The notes under the pieces: model-generated
Databases searched by the model: none
What the model was told of the DNA's origin: nothing
The model's input: the letters and a program-made list of their open reading frames with translations, nothing else
In this document: in pieces, positions 19,900 through 29,349 of the stretch
Layout of the letters: every line of letters starts with the position of its first letter
Position numbering within the stretch: the stretch's first letter is position 1
Program-made: the position numbers and the translations under genes
NCBI GenBank assembly: GCA_026014875.1
Contig: JAOZHO010000050.1
Span: 36,090 to 100,089, forward strand
Direction: 5' to 3'
Length of the DNA stretch: 64,000 nucleotides
DNA from: Candidatus Bathyarchaeota archaeon
GTDB lineage: Archaea; Thermoproteota; Bathyarchaeia; TCS64

Positions 19900-20601
19900 A
19901 TGATGAGAGACGAAGCGGTCAACGAGATTTTCAGCACCGCCGAGGCCGAGGGCAGGGACTTCCTCTTCGAGCACGAGGCCAAGAACCTCTGCGCCCTGTA
20001 TGGCCTCCCGGTCACCAAGGTCACAGTCGAGGAGACCGAGGACGACGCCGTCGAGGCCGCGAAGAGACTCGGCTTCCCCGTCGTCCTCAAGATAGTCTCC
20101 CCCCAGGTCCTCCACAAATCGGATGCCGGCGGCGTCCTCATCGACATCAAGGACGAGGCGGGGGTCCGGGAGGGCTACAAGACCATCATGGAAAACGTCA
20201 AGACCCACGCCCCCGACGCCGAGATCACGGGCATCCTGATTGAGGAGATGGCCCCCGGGGGGACCGAGGTCATCGTGGGATCCACCAAGGACCCCACTTT
20301 CGGCGCCACGTTGATGTTCGGGCTCGGGGGGATATTCGTCGAGATACTGAAGGACGTCAGCTTCAGGCTAGCCCCGATAAACAGGTCCGACGCCGAGGAG
20401 ATGGTGAAGGAGATCAAGGCCTACAGGATACTTGAAGGGGCCCGGGGGAAGCCCCCCGCCGACAGGGAGGCCATAGTAGATATCCTGCTGAAGACCTCGG
20501 ATATGCTTGTAGAGTGCCCCGAGATATCCGAACTGGATATGAACCCGGTGCTTGTCTACGAGGAGGGCGCCAAGGTCGTGGACGCCCGGATCATCCTCTG
20601 A
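19900..20601 (+). CDS. acdB: ADP-forming acetate/acyl-CoA ligase beta subunit (ATP-grasp)
   Basis: FPVVLKIVSPQVLHKSDAGGV, DPTFGATLMFGLGGIFVE, ELDMNPV. Confidence 0.88.
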   Translation: MMRDEAVNEIFSTAEAEGRDFLFEHEAKNLCALYGLPVTKVTVEETEDDAVEAAKRLGFPVVLKIVSPQVLHKSDAGGVLIDIKDEAGVREGYKTIMENVKTHAPDAEITGILIEEMAPGGTEVIVGSTKDPTFGATLMFGLGGIFVEILKDVSFRLAPINRSDAEEMVKEIKAYRILEGARGKPPADREAIVDILLKTSDMLVECPEISELDMNPVLVYEEGAKVVDARIIL

Positions 20602-20763
20602 CGCAGGGTAAAATTCAATCAGGCGCCCCGATTTTCCTCATTCATCTAGAAGCCTACTCAGTCCTGATTAGAATGGTTTCAGTGTGAGAAGGTGAGGTGA
20701 GGGATGGGCCCGCGGAAGGATAGGAGAGGATCAGCGGGCTCCGAGACTGGAACGTCTGCTTCG

Positions 20764-21027
20764 CTAGTCGATGCCGGTGGGTCCCAGGGGGATCGTCAGC
20801 CGTGCGTACTGTTCTAAGAATTCGGATCCTTTACCGGTGGTGACGTAGATGCCGCTCTTGGAGCCGTCGTTGAGGAGGCCGTTATCGATGAGTCTGCTGA
20901 GGTATTTTTTGACTATCTTGAAGTTCAGGTTGGCCCTGTAGACTATGTGGGTCTTCTTCGCGCCGGCCTTGGAGACCTTGAGGATGTCTGCGCAGATGTC
21001 GAGGTCGTTCCTTCTCATTCCATACAC
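20764..21027 (-). CDS. Winged-helix transcription regulator (archaeal HTH_45/DUF4364-like)
   Basis: RRNDLDICADIL...KKTHIVYRANLNF...YVTTGKG pattern. Confidence 0.8.
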   Translation of the reverse strand: MYGMRRNDLDICADILKVSKAGAKKTHIVYRANLNFKIVKKYLSRLIDNGLLNDGSKSGIYVTTGKGSEFLEQYARLTIPLGPTGID

Positions 21028-21123
21028 CTCTTTCCTTGGTTATTTCTGTGAAATATTAAGATATAAAGCTTCTCACCCGAATTCAGTAACATTATTACCC
21101 CTAATGGCAGAATAAAGCCCTTT

Positions 21124-21180
21124 TTTCCCATTTTTAGAATCATTTCCCATTTATGGAAGAACCTTTTTACCATTTCAGAA
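21124..21180 (-). promoter_or_regulatory. Three phased direct repeats TTT(C/A)CCATTT upstream of the wHTH gene
   Basis: Copies at 21124, 21143 and 21166, each followed within a few nt by (A/G)GAA. Confidence 0.4.
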
Positions 21181-21240
21181 AATAATTATGGATTACCCAA
21201 AACCCCTTGGGGGGCGAAAAATAGGGCTGCGGAGACGGCT

Positions 21241-23640
21241 CTACCGGCCGCCGAGCCATTTCCTCAGGTTCATGAACTCGAGGAGGGCGAACACAAGCAC
21301 CACAACGGAGACTGCACCGAGTCCCAGGGTGCTCCCGCTGCCCCCGACCACTTCATCCAGCAGGTTCGACGCCGCCTCCCCCGTGGAGATCAATGAGCCC
21401 ACCCCGAGGGCCAGGGCCGAGGGCCTAGTTACCCTAGTCTCGAGCCATCGGGAGGCGTCGGAGAACTCCACCGCCTCATGGAGATATTCGATCTGGGCCG
21501 GGGCGAGGCTGTAGACTCCCCCGTCGCCGATCTCGATGCTGTAGCTTATGGACCTGGACTCCCCGGAGTCTATCTCGCTCCACTGCCCTGAGGTGGAGCC
21601 TCCGACCAGCCGAGAGCTGGACGGGTATAGGGCGATGGTCGCCGAGTCGTCGAGGGCCACGTCCCTCATGGGGGCTGAGTCGTGGTTGGTGACGGTCACT
21701 GTCACCTCGACGACGCTGTTGGGCTGCGGGTTGCTGGGGGAGGTCGTCTTGGTGACCTCGATGTTCAGCGGCAGTATCGCCCCTGAGACCCCGATCTCGA
21801 AGGCCGACTCGTCGAGGTTCAGCGACAGTATCACCCCTGAGACCCCGATCTCGAAGGCCGACTCGTCGAGGTCCACCTCGGGGGTCGCGAGGTCGATGAG
21901 CCCCAGCATCTCCAGGACCCTGAAGAGTGCCGCGAGTCTGTTGTCGTCCTCCGGCATGTTGGTGGTTATCTTGAGGTTGGGGAAGTCCTCCCCGCCGATG
22001 TCTGTGCCTTTGGGCGCTGCGAGGAGCACCAGGGAGAGCTCGGAGTCGTCGGAAAAGCTCGGGGCATCATCGGCTCCCATCAGGTCCAGGAGGTCGAGTC
22101 CCTGCCCTTCACCCACCGAGTCCACCCCGTGGTCCCAGAACGAGACGCTCCCCGAGAACACCATCTGCTCCCACTCGTCGACGGGGAAGTACTCGGATAC
22201 TTGCAGCAGGTACTCCGCGGGCACGTACTCCTTGAGGAGCCCCACGTTGACGAAGCCCGAGAACAAGGCCCCCCCGTCAGCCGAGTCGGGGGTGGACTGG
22301 GGCACGATCCGCCCGTTCGAAGACGCCTCGGAGATGAGTTCCACGAGCCCCCCCTTATCCAGGAACTCATCGAGGAAAGTCGAGGCGAGGTCTCCTACCT
22401 CGGCGCTCGACTGGTAAAGTACGATGGAGATCTGGGGGCTGTCCGGACCCTCCCCCAGGGCGAAGGGGGCGCTGAGGGCCATGAGCTGAGTAAGGTCCAC
22501 CTGATACGCCTCGGAGAAAGCGTCCGCAATCCCCTCCGACTGTGGGCCCGCGGTCTCGGGGGGGACGTCGATGTAGACTGCGACCATGAGGGTCTCGGGG
22601 ATGACGTTGGCGAAGGACCCGAGGCTCTCCTCGGAGCCCACGAGCTCCGCGAGGATCTCCTTCACCCCCTCGTGGGAGGCGATCACGCTCACCAGCAGGC
22701 CCTCGGACCCGCTGATGCCCCCGAAGGGTGTTTCGGAGGAGGCGAACAGGTTCCCCACGTATGCCCTGCCGCTGGGGTCGGCGAAGCCCAGTATAGTCTC
22801 CATGTAGAACTCCTCTCCAGCAGCCCCCATGACGATTGGGTTGGTGAATAGGGCGGGTCCAAGGATGAGTGCGATGGTTAGGAGGGACATCGCCTCCTTG
22901 AGGGTGGGGATGTCCACTGCCCCCCTGGGCTTCCCCCCGAGCCCCCTCCTGATGGACTCGCTGAAGGGCATCACAGCGGGCTCCAAGAGCTTCCCCACCT
23001 CGACTCCTGCGAGGGCCCCCCCGATCATCGCCGCTATCTTGATGAAGACGCCCACCGCGAGGCTCGAGGCGACCTCCAGCACGATGCTCATCGGGTTCTC
23101 TGGCCCCCCCGACTGCATCGTCCCGAGGACCCTCTCGGCGATCTCCCCGACTATGGGGGCCTCATATAGGTCGACGAAGGTGAGCCCTTCCGGAAGGGGC
23201 GGGAGGGCCTCGAGAGGGTTGGAGCCCTGGAAGTTCTCGAATATCTGGGAGGCCGTGAACCCGACGTCGATCAGGTTTATCCCCAGTATTGCGATGAGCG
23301 AGACGAGGACGAGGAGGATCGTGGCGATGGAGCCCACCCTCCGCCGGATCAGCACCCCGGCGAGGAACGCGGCTCCCCCCCAGAGGGCGAGGAGCGCCGT
23401 GAACTGCAGGGGGTCCCCCAGGAGGATGTAGACGATGGTGAGGGCGTTGAGCAGGCTCGACCCCAGGGTGGGCACAAGCCAGTCCGCCAAGAACAGGAAC
23501 GTCGGGTGGACCACTGCGAACCCAACGGTGAGCACAGTAAGGGTGCATAGTATGAATGCGACGATCTTCCTCAGAACCTTCTCCTCCCTAGTGAGAACCC
23601 ACCTCGACGCCATAAATGGATTGTGGCGGCCCCTCATCAA
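21241..23640 (-). CDS. Large membrane protein with C-terminal Ig-like (DUF11/BatD-type) domain; start uncertain
   Basis: N-terminal TM bundle, acidic extracellular region, VTKTT...VEVTVTVTN Ig-like strands, C-terminal TM. Confidence 0.75.
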   Translation of the reverse strand: MMRGRHNPFMASRWVLTREEKVLRKIVAFILCTLTVLTVGFAVVHPTFLFLADWLVPTLGSSLLNALTIVYILLGDPLQFTALLALWGGAAFLAGVLIRRRVGSIATILLVLVSLIAILGINLIDVGFTASQIFENFQGSNPLEALPPLPEGLTFVDLYEAPIVGEIAERVLGTMQSGGPENPMSIVLEVASSLAVGVFIKIAAMIGGALAGVEVGKLLEPAVMPFSESIRRGLGGKPRGAVDIPTLKEAMSLLTIALILGPALFTNPIVMGAAGEEFYMETILGFADPSGRAYVGNLFASSETPFGGISGSEGLLVSVIASHEGVKEILAELVGSEESLGSFANVIPETLMVAVYIDVPPETAGPQSEGIADAFSEAYQVDLTQLMALSAPFALGEGPDSPQISIVLYQSSAEVGDLASTFLDEFLDKGGLVELISEASSNGRIVPQSTPDSADGGALFSGFVNVGLLKEYVPAEYLLQVSEYFPVDEWEQMVFSGSVSFWDHGVDSVGEGQGLDLLDLMGADDAPSFSDDSELSLVLLAAPKGTDIGGEDFPNLKITTNMPEDDNRLAALFRVLEMLGLIDLATPEVDLDESAFEIGVSGVILSLNLDESAFEIGVSGAILPLNIEVTKTTSPSNPQPNSVVEVTVTVTNHDSAPMRDVALDDSATIALYPSSSRLVGGSTSGQWSEIDSGESRSISYSIEIGDGGVYSLAPAQIEYLHEAVEFSDASRWLETRVTRPSALALGVGSLISTGEAASNLLDEVVGGSGSTLGLGAVSVVVLVFALLEFMNLRKWLGGR
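21763..21872. repeat. In-frame 54-nt tandem duplication (2 copies, 2 mismatches)
   Basis: Encodes LDESAFEIGVSGVILSLN / LDESAFEIGVSGAILPLN on the minus strand. Confidence 0.95.
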
Positions 23641-23678
23641 TAATATAAATGAAATACAGACTATGCACGATGAGAGGT

Positions 23679-24629
23679 ATGCTAAGCATAAACAAGCTGG
23701 CCTACGAACTCGTCAAGAAGCTTCTGGCCAAGCCCGAGTACTACCGGGTAGGCGTCGAGAAGCTTCCCTCCGGGGCGACGGTCATAGACACGGGACTCGA
23801 GGCCCACGGGGGCTACGAGGCCGGTCTCATGACGACCCGGATCGCGATGGGGGGAGCGGGGACCGCAGAACTCGGCTACGCCGACTTTGGGGGGCTCAAG
23901 CTGTCCACCGTCGTCGTGGCGACCGATCACCCCGCTGTAGCCCTGTTCGGGGCCCAGCTCGCGGGATGGAGGATCAAGCCGGAGGGCTACACCGCAGACG
24001 GTTCCGGTCCCGCCCGGGCACTGGCCTTGAAGCCGAAGAAGGTGTTCAGTAAGATCGAGTATAAGGACGAGGCGGATGTCGCCGTGCTCCTCCTGGAGAC
24101 GGATAAGAAGCCGCCTGACTCGGCGGCCCACTTCATTGCCGAGGCGTGCAACGTGAAGCCGGAGAACGTCTACATGCTCCTAACGACGGGGACATCGATG
24201 GCGGGGATGGTCCAGATCTCGGGTAGGATCGTGGAGACGGGGCTCTTCAGGCTAGACATCCTGGGTCTCGACCCCAAGAAGGTGCAGTACGGGGCGGGGT
24301 ACGCTCCCATCATGCCGGTGCACCCCGACGGGGGGAAGGCGATGGGGCGGGCCGAGGACGCCCTCACCTACGGGGGGGTGACCGCATATGTCGTGGACGA
24401 GGAGGAGGATGTCCTCAAGGAGATCGCATTGAAGGCTCCCTCCACCAACTGCAGCGACTACGGGAAGACGAGCTACGAGATCTACAACGCAGTGGGCTTC
24501 GACTTCACCCAGGTCGACCCGGCCCTCTTCGCACCCGCTGTGATAACCCTGACCTGCGCCAAGACCGGGGCATCCTTCACCTACGGCGAGGTCAACAACG
24601 AGATCATCAAGAGCTCCGTGGAGAGCTAG
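23679..24629 (+). CDS. mch: Methenyl-tetrahydromethanopterin cyclohydrolase
   Basis: MLSINKLA start, GSGPARALALKPK, GTSMAGMVQISGRIVETG, YGGVT, IDP-like VDPALFAPA. Confidence 0.92.
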   Translation: MLSINKLAYELVKKLLAKPEYYRVGVEKLPSGATVIDTGLEAHGGYEAGLMTTRIAMGGAGTAELGYADFGGLKLSTVVVATDHPAVALFGAQLAGWRIKPEGYTADGSGPARALALKPKKVFSKIEYKDEADVAVLLLETDKKPPDSAAHFIAEACNVKPENVYMLLTTGTSMAGMVQISGRIVETGLFRLDILGLDPKKVQYGAGYAPIMPVHPDGGKAMGRAEDALTYGGVTAYVVDEEEDVLKEIALKAPSTNCSDYGKTSYEIYNAVGFDFTQVDPALFAPAVITLTCAKTGASFTYGEVNNEIIKSSVES

Positions 24630-26158
24630 ATCTCCCCCATTTTTTCGAATATTTTTCTATTCGCTTCCAAGCTGGACTTGTACAGATCATAGTAGGCGTC
24701 GTAGAGGCCGATCAGCTTCGGGTTGGGCTCGGTCTTCACCTTCTCCCCCAGCCATTCCTCGATGACCCTGTGGTCGGTGATGACCCCCGTGCCTAGGCCC
24801 GCGAGGATCGCATCCCCCAGTGGGGCGCCCTTGGCGTCTGGGATGTAGTCCATGGCGAGTCCGGTGACATCAGCGATGATCTGCCTCCAGAGGGGAGAGC
24901 GGGCGCCCCCGTCAACGAGGGTGGTCCTTTTGATGGGTTGCCCTGCCTCCCAGGCGGCCTCGATGCTGTAGCGCATGGCGTAGGCGACCCCTTCGAGGAC
25001 GGCTCGGAATATGTGGGCTCGGGTGTGGTAGACCCCGAGGCCGAGGATCCCTCCCCGGAGGTGCTCGTCCCAGTAGGGGGCCCTCTCTCCCACCATGAGG
25101 TGGGGGAGGAAGACGAGGCCGTCGGAGCCCGGGGGGACCTTTTCGGCCTCCCCGTCGAGGAGAGCGTACGCGTTGACCCCCGTCTCGTCAGACCTCATCT
25201 TCTCAGCTTCCCCCAGCTCGTCCCTGAACCAGCGGACGCAGTAGCCCGCAGTGACGACCCCCGTGAAGCCGTAGGTGATCCTGGTGCCGTCGACGACGTA
25301 GGGCATGTTGATGAGGCGGGGGGAGAGACGGGGGGTGTGGCTGATGAACCCGTTGCACATTGATGTGCCCAGCATCGATGCGAGGTCCCCGTCCCGTATG
25401 GCCCCCCCTGCAAGGGCGCTCACGGGGGCGTCGATGCCCCCGGCGCAGACAGGGGTGCCCTTCGCGAGGCCGGTGAATTTGGCGCCCTCCCCGGTGACCT
25501 CCCCCACGATCTCCTCGGAGGAGACGATCTTCTCGGGGAAGAGGCTGCGGGGGATCCCGAGTTCCTCCATCATCTCCTCGGACCAGACCCTCCTGTGAAT
25601 GTCGAAGATGCCCCCGTAGTTCCCCGCGCTGGAGAGGTCGACGCTCTCCTCCCCGGTGATGAGCCGGGAGACGTAAGAGTTGGGAGCCTCGAATCTGTGG
25701 ATCCTGCCCCAGTTCCCGGGCTCATGGTCCCTGATCCAGAGCATCTTGGTGTAGCCGTAGTAGGGGTCGATGACGTTCCCCGTGACCTTGAAGAGTTCGT
25801 CGGCGCCGATCCTCTCCTCGACTCTCCGGCATTGCTGTGTGGCCCGGCGGTCGGCCCATATGATGCAGGGGCGTATCGCCCGGTAGTCGCGGTCCACGGG
25901 GATGCCGCTTCCGCCGTAGAGGCTGCTGATGCAGGTTCCGGCGATGTCCCGGGGGTCGACCTTGGAGGAGTGGACCACCTCTTTCATGGTCTCTGAGACG
26001 GCCTGGGACCAGACGTGGGGCCACTGCTCCGCCCAGCCCTGCTGGGGGTTTATGACCCCGTACTCCCTGAACGCGGAGGCCAGGACGGTTCCCTCGGCGT
26101 CGACGAGGACGGATTTGGTGCCCATGGTGCCTATATCGGTTCCGACTAGGTATGTCAT
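24626..26158 (-). CDS. FGGY-family carbohydrate kinase (xylulokinase-like)
   Basis: GTDIGTMGTK, WADRRA, GGIDAP, GERAPYWD, EGVAY, GGARSPLWRQI. Confidence 0.9.
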   Translation of the reverse strand: MTYLVGTDIGTMGTKSVLVDAEGTVLASAFREYGVINPQQGWAEQWPHVWSQAVSETMKEVVHSSKVDPRDIAGTCISSLYGGSGIPVDRDYRAIRPCIIWADRRATQQCRRVEERIGADELFKVTGNVIDPYYGYTKMLWIRDHEPGNWGRIHRFEAPNSYVSRLITGEESVDLSSAGNYGGIFDIHRRVWSEEMMEELGIPRSLFPEKIVSSEEIVGEVTGEGAKFTGLAKGTPVCAGGIDAPVSALAGGAIRDGDLASMLGTSMCNGFISHTPRLSPRLINMPYVVDGTRITYGFTGVVTAGYCVRWFRDELGEAEKMRSDETGVNAYALLDGEAEKVPPGSDGLVFLPHLMVGERAPYWDEHLRGGILGLGVYHTRAHIFRAVLEGVAYAMRYSIEAAWEAGQPIKRTTLVDGGARSPLWRQIIADVTGLAMDYIPDAKGAPLGDAILAGLGTGVITDHRVIEEWLGEKVKTEPNPKLIGLYDAYYDLYKSSLEANRKIFEKMGEI

Positions 26159-26306
26159 GGTTCAGGTTTGGCTGTGGTTGGGTTAAGCGTTTTCGGGCTA
26201 CGATTTTCAGTCATCGACGGGGGCTTCCAGTGGATTGGCCGGGTTAGATGTTATATTGGGAGTGGAGTCTCTACATGCTGGAACCCTTTTTGGGAATGGA
26301 TGGTAG

Positions 26307-27449
26307 ATGTGTTTGCTAGAGAACGTTGATGAGTTGAGGGCTGAGTTTCCGGTCATGGAACGGCTCACCTATCTGGATATGGCCTTTGGGAACCCCTTGG
26401 CAAATTGCGTGAGGGTCGCGATGGAGGAGTACATGGAGGCCTTCCAGAGGGACGGTGTATCCGTGGCCCGGGACAGAGCCTACGGGGTCCTGGAAGAGGT
26501 GAGGGCGAAGTTTGCAGCCCTGGTGGGGGCCGAGGCTTCCGAGATCGCCTTCGTGAAGAACACCTCGGAGGGGCTCAACATTACCGCCGCCGGGCTCCGT
26601 ATGGAGGCGGGGGACAATGTGATCCTCAACGAGCTGGAGCACCCCAACAACACCCACTGCTGGAACCTGCTCAAGGAGAAGGGGGTGGAGATCCGCACCG
26701 TCCCCCAAAGGGAGGGCCGAGTCGATGTCGGCGATATAAACGCGGCGATAGACGCGAAGACCCGGGCGGTGACTGTCGCCTCCACCACCAACATGGGGTT
26801 CAGGTTCGACCTGGAAAGGATCGGGAAGGCCTGCCACGAAGAGTCCGCCCTCCTCGTCGTGGACGCAGTGCAGAGCCTCGGCATCGAGCCCCTGGATGCT
26901 AGGAAGGCCGGAGTCGACGTATTCTCGGCATCGGCCCACAAGGGGCTTCTGGGCCCCCACGGCATAGGCTTCCTCTACTGCAGCGAAGAGGCCCTCAGGG
27001 AGATTACGCCCCCCTACGTAGCGGGGATAAGCTACGAGAAGGCGCCCGGGACGGGGGAATCGATGCTGAAGGAGACCGCAGCCAGGTTCGAGTACGGGAA
27101 CTACAACTATCTGGGGGGGCACGCGATGGTGCCGGCGCTGGGCATCCTCGAGAAGGTGGGCGTCGAGAACATCCACAGCCACTGCTTGGAGTTGGCCAAC
27201 GTGTTCAGGGAGGGCGTCGGGGATATCGGCGTCGGGGTGCTCGACTCCCCGGTAGAGTCAGAGCGCACAAACATCGTCGCGTTCAGGGTCAAGGGGAGGG
27301 AAAGTGGTGAGGTGAGACAGCGACTGCTGGAGAGGAATGTGATGCTGAGTGCTCACTACGGGGACCTCAGGGCATCCTTCGCCCTGTTCAACGATCGTTC
27401 CGATGTTGAGACCGCCCTAGACGCCCTCGGCAACATAGTTGGCCGATGA
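26307..27449 (+). CDS. Class V PLP aminotransferase / cysteine desulfurase-like protein
   Basis: TYLD, NTSEGL, LEHPNN, DAVQSLG, SAHKGLLGPHGIG. Confidence 0.85.
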   Translation: MCLLENVDELRAEFPVMERLTYLDMAFGNPLANCVRVAMEEYMEAFQRDGVSVARDRAYGVLEEVRAKFAALVGAEASEIAFVKNTSEGLNITAAGLRMEAGDNVILNELEHPNNTHCWNLLKEKGVEIRTVPQREGRVDVGDINAAIDAKTRAVTVASTTNMGFRFDLERIGKACHEESALLVVDAVQSLGIEPLDARKAGVDVFSASAHKGLLGPHGIGFLYCSEEALREITPPYVAGISYEKAPGTGESMLKETAARFEYGNYNYLGGHAMVPALGILEKVGVENIHSHCLELANVFREGVGDIGVGVLDSPVESERTNIVAFRVKGRESGEVRQRLLERNVMLSAHYGDLRASFALFNDRSDVETALDALGNIVGR

Positions 27450-27667
27450 TCCGGGAGAGTACTCTTCGGGGGTCAAGGCGGCCGAGTTTTTCAACTCGAA
27501 TTTTAGTTAAACCCGAATGCAATCGGGCGCGTTGATGTCGGTGACCGTTAAATCCTATCAGTCCAGATTCTGGAGCCACGGGATACTATCTCTCACCCCC
27601 GGGCGGGGGTTCTCATAAATTTTTAAGTCCACTTCGCGTGAAATTACATAGAGTTGGGGTGTAGTTT

Positions 27668-28060
27668 GTGGAGAAGATCACTGTCACACTCATCAGCGGC
27701 AGGACCTCTCGCCAGGGCGTGGGCCTCGAGGTGGGGAAGACCTCGGAGGAGTACTTCGAGAGCGTCTCCTACATCGAGCTGAGCGCCGGGGACGCCGAGT
27801 CCCTGGGGGTCGGGGACGGCGACCACGTCAAGGTCGAGACGGCCCACGGCTCCGTCGTGGTCTCGGTCAAGCTCTCGGACAAACTGGAGCCTGGCACCTC
27901 CTTCTTCCCCTACGGGATCTGGGCGAACCAGGTCTTCGGGTCTGAGACGGGAGGAACGGGGATGCCTCAGTTCAAGGGGGTCGAGGCGGAGGTCACCCCA
28001 TCCGGGGCGGGGGTCCCGTCGCTGGCGGACCTCGTCGCGACGCTGAAGGGGGGTTCCTGA
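27668..28060 (+). CDS. fwdD: Formylmethanofuran dehydrogenase subunit D
   Basis: LISGRT, molybdopterin dinucleotide-binding fold, PYGIWAN, GMPQFKG. Confidence 0.9.
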   Translation: MEKITVTLISGRTSRQGVGLEVGKTSEEYFESVSYIELSAGDAESLGVGDGDHVKVETAHGSVVVSVKLSDKLEPGTSFFPYGIWANQVFGSETGGTGMPQFKGVEAEVTPSGAGVPSLADLVATLKGGS

Positions 28061-29349
28061 TGGCGGTATTCACCGACGTCGTCTGCCCCTTCTGCGGCTG
28101 CCTCTGCGACGACCTGGAGATAACAGTGAAGGGGAACGAGATCAAGGGGGCCAAGAATGCCTGCGCGATCTCCCGCTCCAAGTTCATGAGCCACCGCGAG
28201 AACCGGATAATGACCCCCACCGTCAAGGGCAAGGAGGCCTCCCTGGAGGAGGCGGTCGAGGCCGCCGCTAAGGCCCTAGCCTCCGCGAAGAGGCCCCTCG
28301 TGTATGGCCTCAGCTCCACGGAGTGCGGCGCCATCGCCCGGTGCGTCGAGCTCGCAGAGATCACCGGCGGCGTGGTGGACAACACCAGCTCAGTCTGCCA
28401 CGGCCCCACGATCCTCGCGCTCCAGCAGGTGGGGGAGTCCAAGGCGAGCCTCGGGGAGGTGAAGAACCGGGCCGACCTCGTCGCCTTCTGGGGCTCCAAC
28501 CCCCCCGCCGCCCACATCCGCCACTTCGCCCGGTACTCTGTGACCCCCAAGGGGCTCTACGTCCCGGAGGGGCGGAAGGGCAGATACGTGGTCAACGTGG
28601 ATGTCCGGGAGACCCCGACCTCGAGGGTCGCGGACCAGTTCATCAAGGTGGACCACGGGGGCGACTTCGAGCTCCTCCTCGCCCTCAGGGCCGCGGTGAG
28701 GGGCACCGAGATCACTGAGGATGTCTCCGGGGTCCCCGCCGAGGAGATCAACGCCCTAGCGAAGAGGATGAAGGAGGCCAAGATGGGCATCGTCTTCTTC
28801 GGGCTTGGGCTCACCCAGAGCGACGGGCGGCACATGAACATAGACGCCGCCGTGGGCCTCGTGGCCGAGCTCAACCACCACACCAAGTTCGTCCTCACAC
28901 CTATGCGGGGACACTACAACGTCGCCGGGGCCAACACAGTCACCACCTGGCAGTCCGGCTACCCCTACGCCGTCGACTTCGCGCGGGGCTACCCCCGCTA
29001 CAACCCGGGGGAGTACTCCGCCGTGGACATGCTCGCAAAGGGGGAGCCCGACGCCGCGATCATCGTCGCCTCGGACCCCGCGGCGACCTTCCCCGCTGAT
29101 GCGGCTAAGCATCTCGCCCGGATACCGACGATCACGCTGGAGCAGAAAGTCACACCCACGACGATGCTGAGTGAGGTGGTGATACCGGTTGCCACCGCCG
29201 GAATAGAGGTCGAGGGCACCGCATACCGGATGGACGGGTTCAGCCTGAGGCTGAGCAAGGTCGTGGAGCCCCACGGCGGGGTCAAGTCTGACAGGGAGGT
29301 CCTGGATATGATAGTCGAGAGGGTGAAGGCCCTCAAGGAGGATGCGTGA
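28060..29349 (+). CDS. fwdB: Formylmethanofuran dehydrogenase subunit B (Mo/W catalytic, Cys ligand)
   Basis: VCPFCGCLCDD cluster motif; DNTSSVCHGP with TGC Cys at 28396; MRGHYNV. Confidence 0.93.
   Translation: MAVFTDVVCPFCGCLCDDLEITVKGNEIKGAKNACAISRSKFMSHRENRIMTPTVKGKEASLEEAVEAAAKALASAKRPLVYGLSSTECGAIARCVELAEITGGVVDNTSSVCHGPTILALQQVGESKASLGEVKNRADLVAFWGSNPPAAHIRHFARYSVTPKGLYVPEGRKGRYVVNVDVRETPTSRVADQFIKVDHGGDFELLLALRAAVRGTEITEDVSGVPAEEINALAKRMKEAKMGIVFFGLGLTQSDGRHMNIDAAVGLVAELNHHTKFVLTPMRGHYNVAGANTVTTWQSGYPYAVDFARGYPRYNPGEYSAVDMLAKGEPDAAIIVASDPAATFPADAAKHLARIPTITLEQKVTPTTMLSEVVIPVATAGIEVEGTAYRMDGFSLRLSKVVEPHGGVKSDREVLDMIVERVKALKEDA

Noticed and set aside
28381-28410. Selenocysteine in FwdB
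   Set aside because: The ligand codon is TGC (Cys) and the ORF is uninterrupted
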